This document shows, one piece after another, positions 1 to 7,572 of a DNA stretch of 42,450 nt. A program made the position numbers and the translations under genes. Source of the stretch: a bacterium MnTg02. GTDB lineage: Bacteria; Pseudomonadota; Alphaproteobacteria; Rhizobiales; BFAS01. The DNA is taken from NCBI GenBank assembly GCA_008974985.1, contig BFAS01000272.1:1-42450 (forward strand), given 5' to 3'. The notes below the pieces were generated by a model. It was not told the origin of the DNA and did not search any database. It saw only the letters and a program-made list of their open reading frames with translations. Each line of letters opens with the position of its first letter. The first letter of the stretch is position 1.

Positions 1-2
1 AG

Positions 3-275
3 GATGATTTCGTGGCCCATGACCGCACAATGGCGGATGACTTTCGCGATATGCGCAAACTCAATTTTGTGGATCGAATAATCGATAGAACCATTTACAA
101 TTTTTGGGTGAAGGACGAGACCTTGGACCCGCACAATTTTTACGGCTATCTCGACAATCCTTGTGTCGCGGGGCACATCGCCAATTGGATCACGAAACGA
201 TCCGGCGATGGCCGAGTTTATGCGCCCCCCGCCAGCGGCCGCTCTCCCTATGATCGCGAACTCGCCGCGGCCTGA
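3..275 (+). CDS. 3' end of an unidentified protein-coding gene; the frame is open to the left window edge
   Basis: No stop in this frame from nt 3 to the TGA at 273-275. The track ORF 12..275 begins at an internal GTG. I recognise no family from the ~90 residues. Confidence 0.3.
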   Translation, partial: DDFVAHDRTMADDFRDMRKLNFVDRIIDRTIYNFWVKDETLDPHNFYGYLDNPCVAGHIANWITKRSGDGRVYAPPASGRSPYDRELAAA

Positions 276-371
276 TCTGAAATTTATTTCGCATACTCAG
301 AATTCAAAGAAAATGACCGGGGCCTCCGCCGCTGACTTCCATGTAATCGGGCGGGATGGAATGTGCAGGCA

Positions 372-896
372 ATACCAATGGTCTTTGAGTTTGACTCATG
401 GACCCATTGGCAAGCGCGACTGCGTGGCCAGCACCCTATAGTGCGTGAGCCTGCGTGGCGTTTGAACGTCCATAAGTCATTTCTAATGAGCGATGGTAAA
501 GTTTTATACCAATGGTCCTTGAGTTTGCCTCATGGACCATTGGCAAGCGCGACTGCGTGGCCAGCGCCTTATGGCGCGTGAGCCTGCGTGGCGCTTGAAC
601 GTCCATAAGTCATTTCTTAAGAGCGATGGTAAAGTTTTATACCAATGGTTCTTGAGTTTGACTCATGGACCATTGGCAAGCGCGACTGCGTGGCCAGCGC
701 CTTATGGCGCGTGAGCCTGCGTGGCGCTTGAACGTCCATAAGTCATTTCTTAAGAGCGATGGTAAAGTTTTATACCAATGGTCCATGAGTTTGACTCATG
801 GACCATTGGCAAGCGCGACCGCGCGTCGCGCCTTATGGCGCGTGAGCCTGCGTGGCGCTTGAACGCCCATCGGTCATTCTCTATGACCGATGGTAT
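372..896 (+). repeat. Tandem array of 4 units (~133-134 bp period) of a structured palindromic REP/MITE-like element
   Basis: The unit start ATACCAATGG recurs at 372, 506, 639 and 772, and the last unit ends ...CCGATGGTAT at 896. Unit 4 has perfect stems 775-790/794-809 and 867-877/883-893. The overlapping track ORFs 363..581, 532..714 and 665..862 are reiterated translations of the units. Confidence 0.95.
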
Positions 897-2371
897 TAAG
901 ACGAGGATCTTTCTAAGACCACGCGCATTGTTTTAATTGCGTGCTCAATTTGATCTTCAGGCCAGGCGGCATATCCCATCAAGAAACCGCGTTGTTTGGG
1001 GCGGCCGATAAAGAAGCTGGAAAGCGGGTCAACTTCGACACCTTCTTTGATGAGCATTTCGGCGAGGGCGGTATCGTCACGGCGCTTGGGTAAAAAGCCG
1101 GCAAGCTGCATGCCTCCCTGCGGGCGAAGGGGTGTCAGCAGACCAGGCAACTCGCTATCGATTGCCGAGATGAGCGTATCGCGCCGTTTGTGATACAGGC
1201 TCTGCATTCTGCGCACATGGCTCCGGTAATGTCCGGCATTGATGAACTCCGCCGCGGCAATTTGTAACCCCGCAGACGCGTAGTGCCCCGTGCTTCTTTG
1301 CAGCGCTTTGATGGCGGATGTGAGCGCCGGTGGTACGGCCATATACCCAAGCCTTAGACCGGGAAGCAATGCTTTTGAGAACGTTCCGACATAGATGACG
1401 TTGCTGCTTTTCCGCAAGCCCTGAAGAGCAGCGATTGGCCGTCCCTCATAGTGAAATTCGCTGTCATAATCGTCTTCAATAATGATGGCGTTCGCCGCTT
1501 CCGCCAATTCAAGGATTTCCAGACGCCGTGCGAGCGACAAGGTGTGGCCGAGTGGATATTGATGAGACGGCGTGACGTAGATGAGTTTGGGCGTTGGCGG
1601 CGACGGGGCGCGGTCCGGCGCCATGCCGTCCCCATCGACCGGAATGGGGATAAGCTTTGCGCCGGCATTTAAAAAGGCGGAGCGAGCCCCGCGATAGCCT
1701 GGATCCTCGATCCATACCGGATCATCCGGCTCGATCAAAAGCCGTGAAATGAGATCAAGGGCAGCCTGCGCTGAAGAGGTCACAATAATGTCGCCCGGCG
1801 ACGTGTCGACAAGCCTGTATTCCGTAAGGTGGCCCGCCAACGCGGTTCGCAAATCAGGATGTCCGGAGAGGAAACCATAACCGGCGGCATCGGCACTTTG
1901 CGCGAGGCTTGCGCGCCGCATGAGGCGCGCCCAAAGGATTGCCGGGAATTCGTCAAGGTCAGGAATTCCAGGGCGAAGCGGCCGTGGCTTGGACGGTCGC
2001 TCCGTTGCTTTTCCTTGAGCCAGCCGCAATTTCCATTGCTTCGAGACAAATGAATGTCTGGCAGGCGGAGAACTCCGGGTGGCACTTTCCGGCTTGCGCC
2101 CTTCCAGTTCACGCTGCCAGCCAGTGACAAATGTTCCCGAGCCCTGGCGCGCACCGAGATAACCTTCGGCGACCAATTGATCAACGGCATTGATGATCGT
2201 TGTCCGGCTCAGGCCGAGTTCTTGCGCCATCACGCGGCTCGGCGGGACTTTCGTTCCCGGCTTCAAGGTGCCAGTAAGAATAGCTTCACGAAGTTGCTCG
2301 TAAATTTGCCGGTAGAGCGGGACTGTCCCACAGCTGTCGAGATCAATGGCACCGGTAAATGATCTGTCCAA
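896..2371 (-). CDS. MocR/PdxR/GabR-type transcriptional regulator (GntR wHTH fused to a fold-type I aminotransferase-like domain)
   Basis: N-terminal wHTH: LYRQIYEQLREAILTG...ELGLSRTTIINAVDQLVAEGYL...GSGTFV. C-terminal aminotransferase-like domain with a PLP-lysine motif: YVGTFSKALLPGLRLGY. Length is 491 aa. Confidence 0.9.
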   Translation of the reverse strand: MDRSFTGAIDLDSCGTVPLYRQIYEQLREAILTGTLKPGTKVPPSRVMAQELGLSRTTIINAVDQLVAEGYLGARQGSGTFVTGWQRELEGRKPESATRSSPPARHSFVSKQWKLRLAQGKATERPSKPRPLRPGIPDLDEFPAILWARLMRRASLAQSADAAGYGFLSGHPDLRTALAGHLTEYRLVDTSPGDIIVTSSAQAALDLISRLLIEPDDPVWIEDPGYRGARSAFLNAGAKLIPIPVDGDGMAPDRAPSPPTPKLIYVTPSHQYPLGHTLSLARRLEILELAEAANAIIIEDDYDSEFHYEGRPIAALQGLRKSSNVIYVGTFSKALLPGLRLGYMAVPPALTSAIKALQRSTGHYASAGLQIAAAEFINAGHYRSHVRRMQSLYHKRRDTLISAIDSELPGLLTPLRPQGGMQLAGFLPKRRDDTALAEMLIKEGVEVDPLSSFFIGRPKQRGFLMGYAAWPEDQIEHAIKTMRVVLERSSS

Positions 2372-2418
2372 ATTGGTATCCTTAGATTCTTATAAATGGA
2401 TATATATCAGATACCAAT
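2372..2418. promoter_or_regulatory. Candidate MocR operator: inverted 9-mers ATTGGTATC (2372-2380) and GATACCAAT (2410-2418), 29 bp apart
   Basis: The inverted repeat is perfect. It lies in the divergent intergenic region directly abutting the MocR start codon and contains the ATACCA hexamer in both orientations. Confidence 0.35.
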
Positions 2419-2476
2419 AAAATGCCAACCTGCAGCTACGGACGATATTGAACTCCTCAACCGGGAGCCGATGGGC

Positions 2477-3127
2477 ATGACAGTTTATGAGCGAGGGAAA
2501 CTCAACCGGGTGCGGGTTGGGACACGGGCGGCATACGATCAGGAAGCAATCTTTAAGATCCTGGATGCGGGGCTCGTCGCCCATGTCGGTTTTTCCGACC
2601 ATGATCGGCCGGTCGTTATTCCAATGATTTATGGCCGGATTGGCGAACAGGTTTATCTGCATGGTGCGAAAGCGGCGCGCTTTGCGAAAGTGCTGGGCCC
2701 CGGCGTGCCGATATGTATGACCGTCACTCTCCTTGATGGCATTGTCGCCGGCCGGTCGGCATTTCACTCCTCAATGAATTACCGGTCAGCCGTTCTTCAT
2801 GGACGCGCGGCTCTCGTCACCGATGTGGGCGAGCGGAAGGCCGCATTGGAGGCGATTACCAATCACCTTATGCCGGGGCGCTGGGCCGAGGCCCGTCCAA
2901 TGACGGAGAAGGAGTTGAACGCGACGGCGGTTCTCGCCTTCACCATTGAAGAAGCCTCGGCGAAAACCCGTTCCGGGCCGCCGAATGACGATGGCGAAGA
3001 TTACCAGCTGCCGATTTGGGGCGGCGTTGTGCCGATCACAACAGTTTTTGGCGCGCCAGAAGATGATGGCGTGCTGGCCCCCGGTGCGGACCTACCGGAA
3101 TCGATATTAAAAATTATCTCCACCTAA
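2477..3127 (+). CDS. Pyridoxamine 5'-phosphate oxidase-like FMN-binding family protein
   Basis: The ORF 2396..3127 is probably too long. GGGAG at 2463-2467 favours the ATG at 2477 (or 2471). The sequence (RAAYDQEAIFKILDAGLVAHVGF...PVVIPMIY...YLHG) is typical of split-barrel flavoproteins. It is divergent from a MocR regulator, which is a common pairing. Confidence 0.7.
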   Translation: MTVYERGKLNRVRVGTRAAYDQEAIFKILDAGLVAHVGFSDHDRPVVIPMIYGRIGEQVYLHGAKAARFAKVLGPGVPICMTVTLLDGIVAGRSAFHSSMNYRSAVLHGRAALVTDVGERKAALEAITNHLMPGRWAEARPMTEKELNATAVLAFTIEEASAKTRSGPPNDDGEDYQLPIWGGVVPITTVFGAPEDDGVLAPGADLPESILKIIST

Positions 3128-3990
3128 GCCGCTTGCGTATAGCGCGCCAGGAATCCTTTGCGAATGTGATCGGCGAGTTCCGCTGCGATCTCGCTGACAC
3201 TGGCAGGCGGCAGGCGGAGGTTAATATGGTATGACGGAAGGGGGGGAAGCCCGAGAGCTTTATCAAGAACAATGACGTTATCCGGAACGGTTTGCGCAAG
3301 GAAAGGCGCAATTGCGAGGTCCGCTTCCAGCGTTGCCGCCAACGGTCCCATATCGCTCACTTGGCAAATCAAGGACCAGTTGCGGCCGGCTTTTGTCAGG
3401 GCTTTCAGCGCGGCAGCGCGAAATGCACAGGTCTCATTTCCGAGAGAAATTGGCAGCGGATCACGTGTATGGGCGTTGCCATCGCGTGCGCCGACCCAAA
3501 CGAGCGGATCGGTCAGCAGAAATTCATGCATATCGCCCGGCTCGGCCTCGGTCGTCAAGGTGAGGTCGATCTTCCCGTCCTTCAAAAGCCCAAGCAGACG
3601 CGGCGTCGTTTCGCAGACCAGTGTGACGCGGACGCGCGGCCACGTGTAGCTGAAGCTCCTTAAAATCGGCGGCATGAATGGCCCAACAATGTCATGGGGC
3701 ACGCCAAGGCGCACCTCGCCTTCGAAATCGGGTGATGTCATGAGGCCCCAGATTTCGTCGTTCATGGCAATGATGCGGTGCGCGTTACCCATCAGCCGCT
3801 CGCCGGCTGGCGTGAGCTGTCTTTGACTGCGGTCGAACAACTCCGCCTCAAACAGTTCCTCAAGACGCTTGATCTGCTGGCTGACGGCGGCTTGGGTGAG
3901 ATTGAGAATCCGGCTGCCGCTGGTCATGCCGCCGGTCTCTGAGACGGCGATAAATGTCCGAAGCAGTCCAATATCAATGTTACGAGGCAT
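3124..3990 (-). CDS. LysR-family transcriptional regulator
   Basis: N-terminal HTH: LLRTFIAVSETGGMTSGSRILNLTQAAVSQQIKRLEE. Length is 288 aa. Its stop overlaps the convergent PNPOx-like stop by 4 nt. Confidence 0.9.
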   Translation of the reverse strand: MPRNIDIGLLRTFIAVSETGGMTSGSRILNLTQAAVSQQIKRLEELFEAELFDRSQRQLTPAGERLMGNAHRIIAMNDEIWGLMTSPDFEGEVRLGVPHDIVGPFMPPILRSFSYTWPRVRVTLVCETTPRLLGLLKDGKIDLTLTTEAEPGDMHEFLLTDPLVWVGARDGNAHTRDPLPISLGNETCAFRAAALKALTKAGRNWSLICQVSDMGPLAATLEADLAIAPFLAQTVPDNVIVLDKALGLPPLPSYHINLRLPPASVSEIAAELADHIRKGFLARYTQAA

Positions 3991-4114
3991 CTCTCATAAT
4001 CCATAACGATTGCTAATGCTATCCATTATAAATAATCGTTTCCGTTATGCAAGCGGCGCACCTATCTATTGGGTAATGCAGCGTGCTCAACAGCACAACA
4101 AGGAGTTAGATCCA

Positions 4115-4444
4115 ATGACCGCAATAGCAGCACGGGGCCCAAGAAGAGGGTCCACTCAAGAAAACACCTCTCAAATTGTCGAACGCCTAAATGGTGCTTT
4201 TATCTATCTGATGGATCGTTTCGAAGTCGCCAACCAGCGCCGCGAACTTCTGACACTCGATGACGGCGCTTTGAAGGATATCGGAGTGACCCGGGCCGAG
4301 GCCGATCTCGAAGGGCACCGGTCTTTTTGGGATATTTCTGGCCGCTCTCAGGAGCCGAAATCCCGCCATGCGAAGGCTTCGAATATTTTCGATCGCTTTA
4401 CGGGCGGACAAAGTGGCATCGGACATCACGGACTAAACGCATAG
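4115..4444 (+). CDS. DUF1127-domain small protein
   Basis: A DUF1127-like core is present: RRELLTLDDGALKDIGVTRAEAD. AAGGAG at 4100-4105 lies 9 nt before the ATG at 4115, so the longer track ORF from 4010 is unlikely. Confidence 0.6.
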   Translation: MTAIAARGPRRGSTQENTSQIVERLNGAFIYLMDRFEVANQRRELLTLDDGALKDIGVTRAEADLEGHRSFWDISGRSQEPKSRHAKASNIFDRFTGGQSGIGHHGLNA

Positions 4445-4497
4445 GCGATCCCTTGCGCGAATGTTTTTAGACCGCCTCAATATTTTTTCAGCAATGA

Positions 4498-4534
4498 CCC
4501 CATGGATTGCCGGACGCGCATCCATGGGGTTTTG
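4498..4534 (+). terminator. Rho-independent terminator downstream of the DUF1127 gene
   Basis: Stem CCCCATGGA (4498-4506) pairs with TCCATGGGG (4521-4529) and is followed by TTTTG. Confidence 0.7.
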
Positions 4535-4563
4535 CGTTGGCCGTCCGATGTAATATTATCTCG

Positions 4564-4594
4564 CCAATGCCGGATCGGGTTTGTAACCCGATCC
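4564..4594 (+). repeat. Left boundary motif of the AT-rich islet: CCAATGCCGGAT plus the perfect hairpin GGATCGGGTT-TGT-AACCCGATCC
   Basis: The 12-mer CCAATGCCGGAT recurs at 5758-5769. The hairpin is at 4572-4594. Confidence 0.5.
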
Positions 4595-4744
4595 GTAACG
4601 TTCATGCTAAGGGAGAAACGCCCATCATTTATGGCATGATCAATGCGGGCTGGGTTGCAAACGTAGTCCGACGGAGAAAATCCATTTAATTGGTGCAGGG
4701 TCTGACATAATTGCTAGCCATAAGCAAAACAAAGGTCCGGGACT

Positions 4745-5755
4745 ATGGTGGAGCTGCGCGATGCATGGGAGTTATTGTCAAACTACGAGAGTCATGAGCT
4801 GGTTCGAAACCGCTATATTACGAAGCATAACTGGCAGCCGAACCGGTCACAATCAAGACAGATAGCTGCGAGCTTCATTCAAGCACGGGAATATTTCCGC
4901 TCAGCCGATAACGCCGATCTCGTTGTAAAGCCTCTTTTGCTCTATTACGGGGTCGTGAGCCTATCCAGGGGGCTTACCCTGTTTTTGACACCTCAGCTTT
5001 GGGAGCCGAGCCTAGCTCGAAGTCACGGATTATCACGTTTCAATTGGCATGATGAGTTGAGCAAGGAAAACCCTGACTATTTAAACCTAGCCGTTCGAGT
5101 TAACGCCAGAGGCACATTCAACGAATTGGTGCATGCAACAGGAAACCGAAATTTGATGCGTTCTGGCAGCAGCAAGATAAATCTCAGATAACCCAATGAA
5201 ATGATTTGTGAGGGAGGGATTGTCAGTCTAGGTGATTTACTTTCTAGATTGCCTGACATTCAGAAAACTTTTGGACGATGGAAGCAGCCTAATTTTATTC
5301 GATTTCGCTCAGAAAAAATCAAAGATAGCGATGAGGCAATACTTACGGTCCGTAGAAAACAATATCGCATGGATGTCGACGTAAGAAAAATTAAACAAAT
5401 AGCAGGAGACGATTGTATTGATCTAATTTCATCGGATGACAAAGAATTAGTTTTTCAGACCAAAAAAAAGGGGAAGATTGGAGGATTTTATGCTGACACA
5501 TTGATCGGATCAGCTTTTAAGCTTGGTGATATAGTGTTAGTCGCGCCCTACCCATCGAGATGTGAACTAAACAAGATCTCACAACTATTTTCTGTATCCT
5601 ACATTTTAAGTATGTTTGTCCGTTACCATCCGTCTTCGTGGATGGGGCTGATACAGCAGCAAACGGACGATTCTGTATTACCTTCCATATTGGCTACTAT
5701 AAACTGCATTGAGATTCTATTTCCCCAGATAGTGAGCGATTTCCTTGAGGAGTAA
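4745..5755 (+). pseudogene. YaaC-like family gene interrupted by one in-frame TAA (5189-5191)
   Basis: Track ORFs 4745..5191 and 5201..5755 are in the same frame, separated only by TAA CCC AAT GAA. The joined length of ~336 codons fits the ~315-aa YaaC family. The segment VKPLLLYYGVVSLSRGLTLFLTP...SHGLS resembles the B. subtilis YaaC core as I recall it. The gene is markedly AT-rich. Confidence 0.55.
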
Positions 5756-5757
5756 TA

Positions 5758-5783
5758 CCAATGCCGGATTGGTTACAAACCCA
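5758..5783 (+). repeat. Right boundary motif of the AT-rich islet: CCAATGCCGGAT plus a weaker GGTT-ACA-AACC hairpin
   Basis: It shares the 12-mer and the GGTT/AACC(C) stem with 4564-4594 but has the complementary loop. It starts 3 nt after the YaaC-like stop. AATACCAATG (5753-5762) equals the 5' end of the 135-bp element family. Confidence 0.45.
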
Positions 5784-5833
5784 GTGCGGCGAGCGTTACT
5801 GCCGCCGCTAAACCGGAACACACGCTGTCGAAA

Positions 5834-7183
5834 CTATTCTTTCTCTTCCGACAGCACATGAGCCATCAGCCAGCGTGCGCTTCGCAACAGCCGTGCGTCA
5901 TCGCGACGCGGCCCGACAAGCTGCACACCCAATGGCAGGCCATTGGCTTCAAGCAACGGCAGAGAGATGGCCGGTACGCCGAGATAGGTCCAGAGCTTAT
6001 TGAATATAGGCGATCCGGTTGTCTCCAATCCGTGCGGCGCCGGGCCTGCCGCAGCAGGGGTTAGAATCGCATCATAGCGGTCGAAGATGGCGTCCAGGCC
6101 TGCGTACAGGACCTCGCGCATTTCAAGCGCGGTATTATATTCAACGGCCGTGATCTTGCGGCCGTCCTCGATATATCCGGTCAAGGAGGCGCTCATCATA
6201 TCTGGAGATTTGTCCAAAAGTGGCCCGTAATTCTTGGCGATGTCGCCCAGTTGCAGAACGGATTGCCATTCGGTTCCCCGGGTGAAGATTTCGGGAAGGT
6301 CAACTTCGTCGCAATGTTCGCCAAGAAATTCGGCGAGTTCGCCCAGAGCCTCTTTGGTGATGTCTTCCGCCTCGTCCCAGACCGGAGATTTGACAAAAGC
6401 GATATGAGGCGTGACGGGCGGTTCCTGGATTGCTGTCTGGTAGAGGGGCGGCCGGCTTCGCGGCCACATTCCCGTATCGCGCGGGTCAAAAGCACTTAGA
6501 CAATCGGCTACGAGCGCGGCGTCGTCCACCGTCCGTGCGATTACACCCATCGTGTCTAACGGTGGCGATTGGCTTATGACACCGAAGCGCGAAATGAGGC
6601 CGAAGGTCGGCTTAAAGCCGACAACGCCGCAAAATGCTGCGGGGCGCAGGACGGATCCGCCGGTCTGCGATCCGATGGCCGCAGGTATCATATGATCGGC
6701 GACCGCCGCGGCAGATCCGCTCGACGAGCCGCCGGGCGTATGCTCCGGGTTGATCGGATTTCGTGTTTTGCCGGGATGCATGACCGCCAGTTCGGTGGTC
6801 ACCGTCTTGCCCATGATGATAGCGCCGGCATCGCGCAAGGCCTTGACGAGGCTGGCATCCGCCTCCGGCTGCTTGCCCTTGAATATGGCTGAGCCATACT
6901 CCGTCGGCATGTCTGCCGTATCGCAAATATCCTTGATGCCGATGGGGACGCCATGAAGCGGGCCGATACCCTGGCCGGTGCTGCGCGCTTCGTCGGCTTC
7001 CTGCGCTTTCTGGCGCGCATAGTCCGGATCGAGATGGGTCCAGGCGCGAACCTCGTCATCTCGCTCGGCAATTCGCGCAAGGCAGGCTTCAACCAGATCG
7101 GTCGAGCGGATTTCGCCTTGAGCGATCTTCTCGGCGGCCTCGCTCACCGTGAGGCGGCTTAAATCTGTTGCAGAATCCAGCAT
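5834..7183 (-). CDS. Amidase-signature family amidase (GatA-like)
   Basis: Contains the amidase signature GGSSSGSAAAVA. Length is 449 aa. Confidence 0.9.
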   Translation of the reverse strand: MLDSATDLSRLTVSEAAEKIAQGEIRSTDLVEACLARIAERDDEVRAWTHLDPDYARQKAQEADEARSTGQGIGPLHGVPIGIKDICDTADMPTEYGSAIFKGKQPEADASLVKALRDAGAIIMGKTVTTELAVMHPGKTRNPINPEHTPGGSSSGSAAAVADHMIPAAIGSQTGGSVLRPAAFCGVVGFKPTFGLISRFGVISQSPPLDTMGVIARTVDDAALVADCLSAFDPRDTGMWPRSRPPLYQTAIQEPPVTPHIAFVKSPVWDEAEDITKEALGELAEFLGEHCDEVDLPEIFTRGTEWQSVLQLGDIAKNYGPLLDKSPDMMSASLTGYIEDGRKITAVEYNTALEMREVLYAGLDAIFDRYDAILTPAAAGPAPHGLETTGSPIFNKLWTYLGVPAISLPLLEANGLPLGVQLVGPRRDDARLLRSARWLMAHVLSEEKE

Positions 7184-7315
7184 CTTTCCTTGCCAGTTAT
7201 ATGTTGTTCAAACAGTTGGTGCGGATACGGACCGGTCCCCGAAACCGCCGCGAAGGATAGGTGCCGACGCCTGGATGAACAGGTACAGCTAGGTATTCAG
7301 AGCCCAGGTTTGTGA

Positions 7316-7516
7316 TCAGTCCTCAGAATCTTTGTCCGATTTGCCTTCGATGTGGCTGCCGCCGGTATTCAGCTCATCCCAGACAAACACGAGGGTGATG
7401 CCCATGACGACGAGAGAGACCAGCCATAGATCAGGTTCCATGACGCGAACATTGATCCAGCCCACAAATGCGAGAAGTGCGAGTATCGGAATACCAGCGA
7501 ATATTTTGTCCAACAT
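7316..7516 (-). CDS. Small two-TM membrane protein encoded just downstream of dctM
   Basis: The 66-aa product has two hydrophobic segments (IFAGIPILALLAFVGWI and LWLVSLVVMGITLVFVW) and an acidic tail. It lies 56 nt after the DctM stop on the same strand. Confidence 0.45.
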   Translation of the reverse strand: MLDKIFAGIPILALLAFVGWINVRVMEPDLWLVSLVVMGITLVFVWDELNTGGSHIEGKSDKDSED

Positions 7517-7572
7517 TTTTCGTCGTCCTCAACAATGCGGTCTTGTGGCCTGCAAACCTATCTTTTTCCTCG

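Noticed and set aside
363-862. Overlapping plus-strand ORFs (363..581, 532..714, 665..862) encoding near-identical peptides
   Set aside because: They are reiterated translations of the 133-bp tandem repeat units. They have no RBS, they overlap one another, and their peptide similarity simply mirrors the DNA repeat.
372-896. Possible CRISPR array
   Set aside because: The units are contiguous at ~133 bp with no unique spacers between them, and there are no cas genes in the window.
4507-4689. 60-aa ORF between the DUF1127 terminator and the YaaC-like gene
   Set aside because: It starts inside the terminator hairpin, spans the boundary hairpin motif, and has no RBS or recognisable family.
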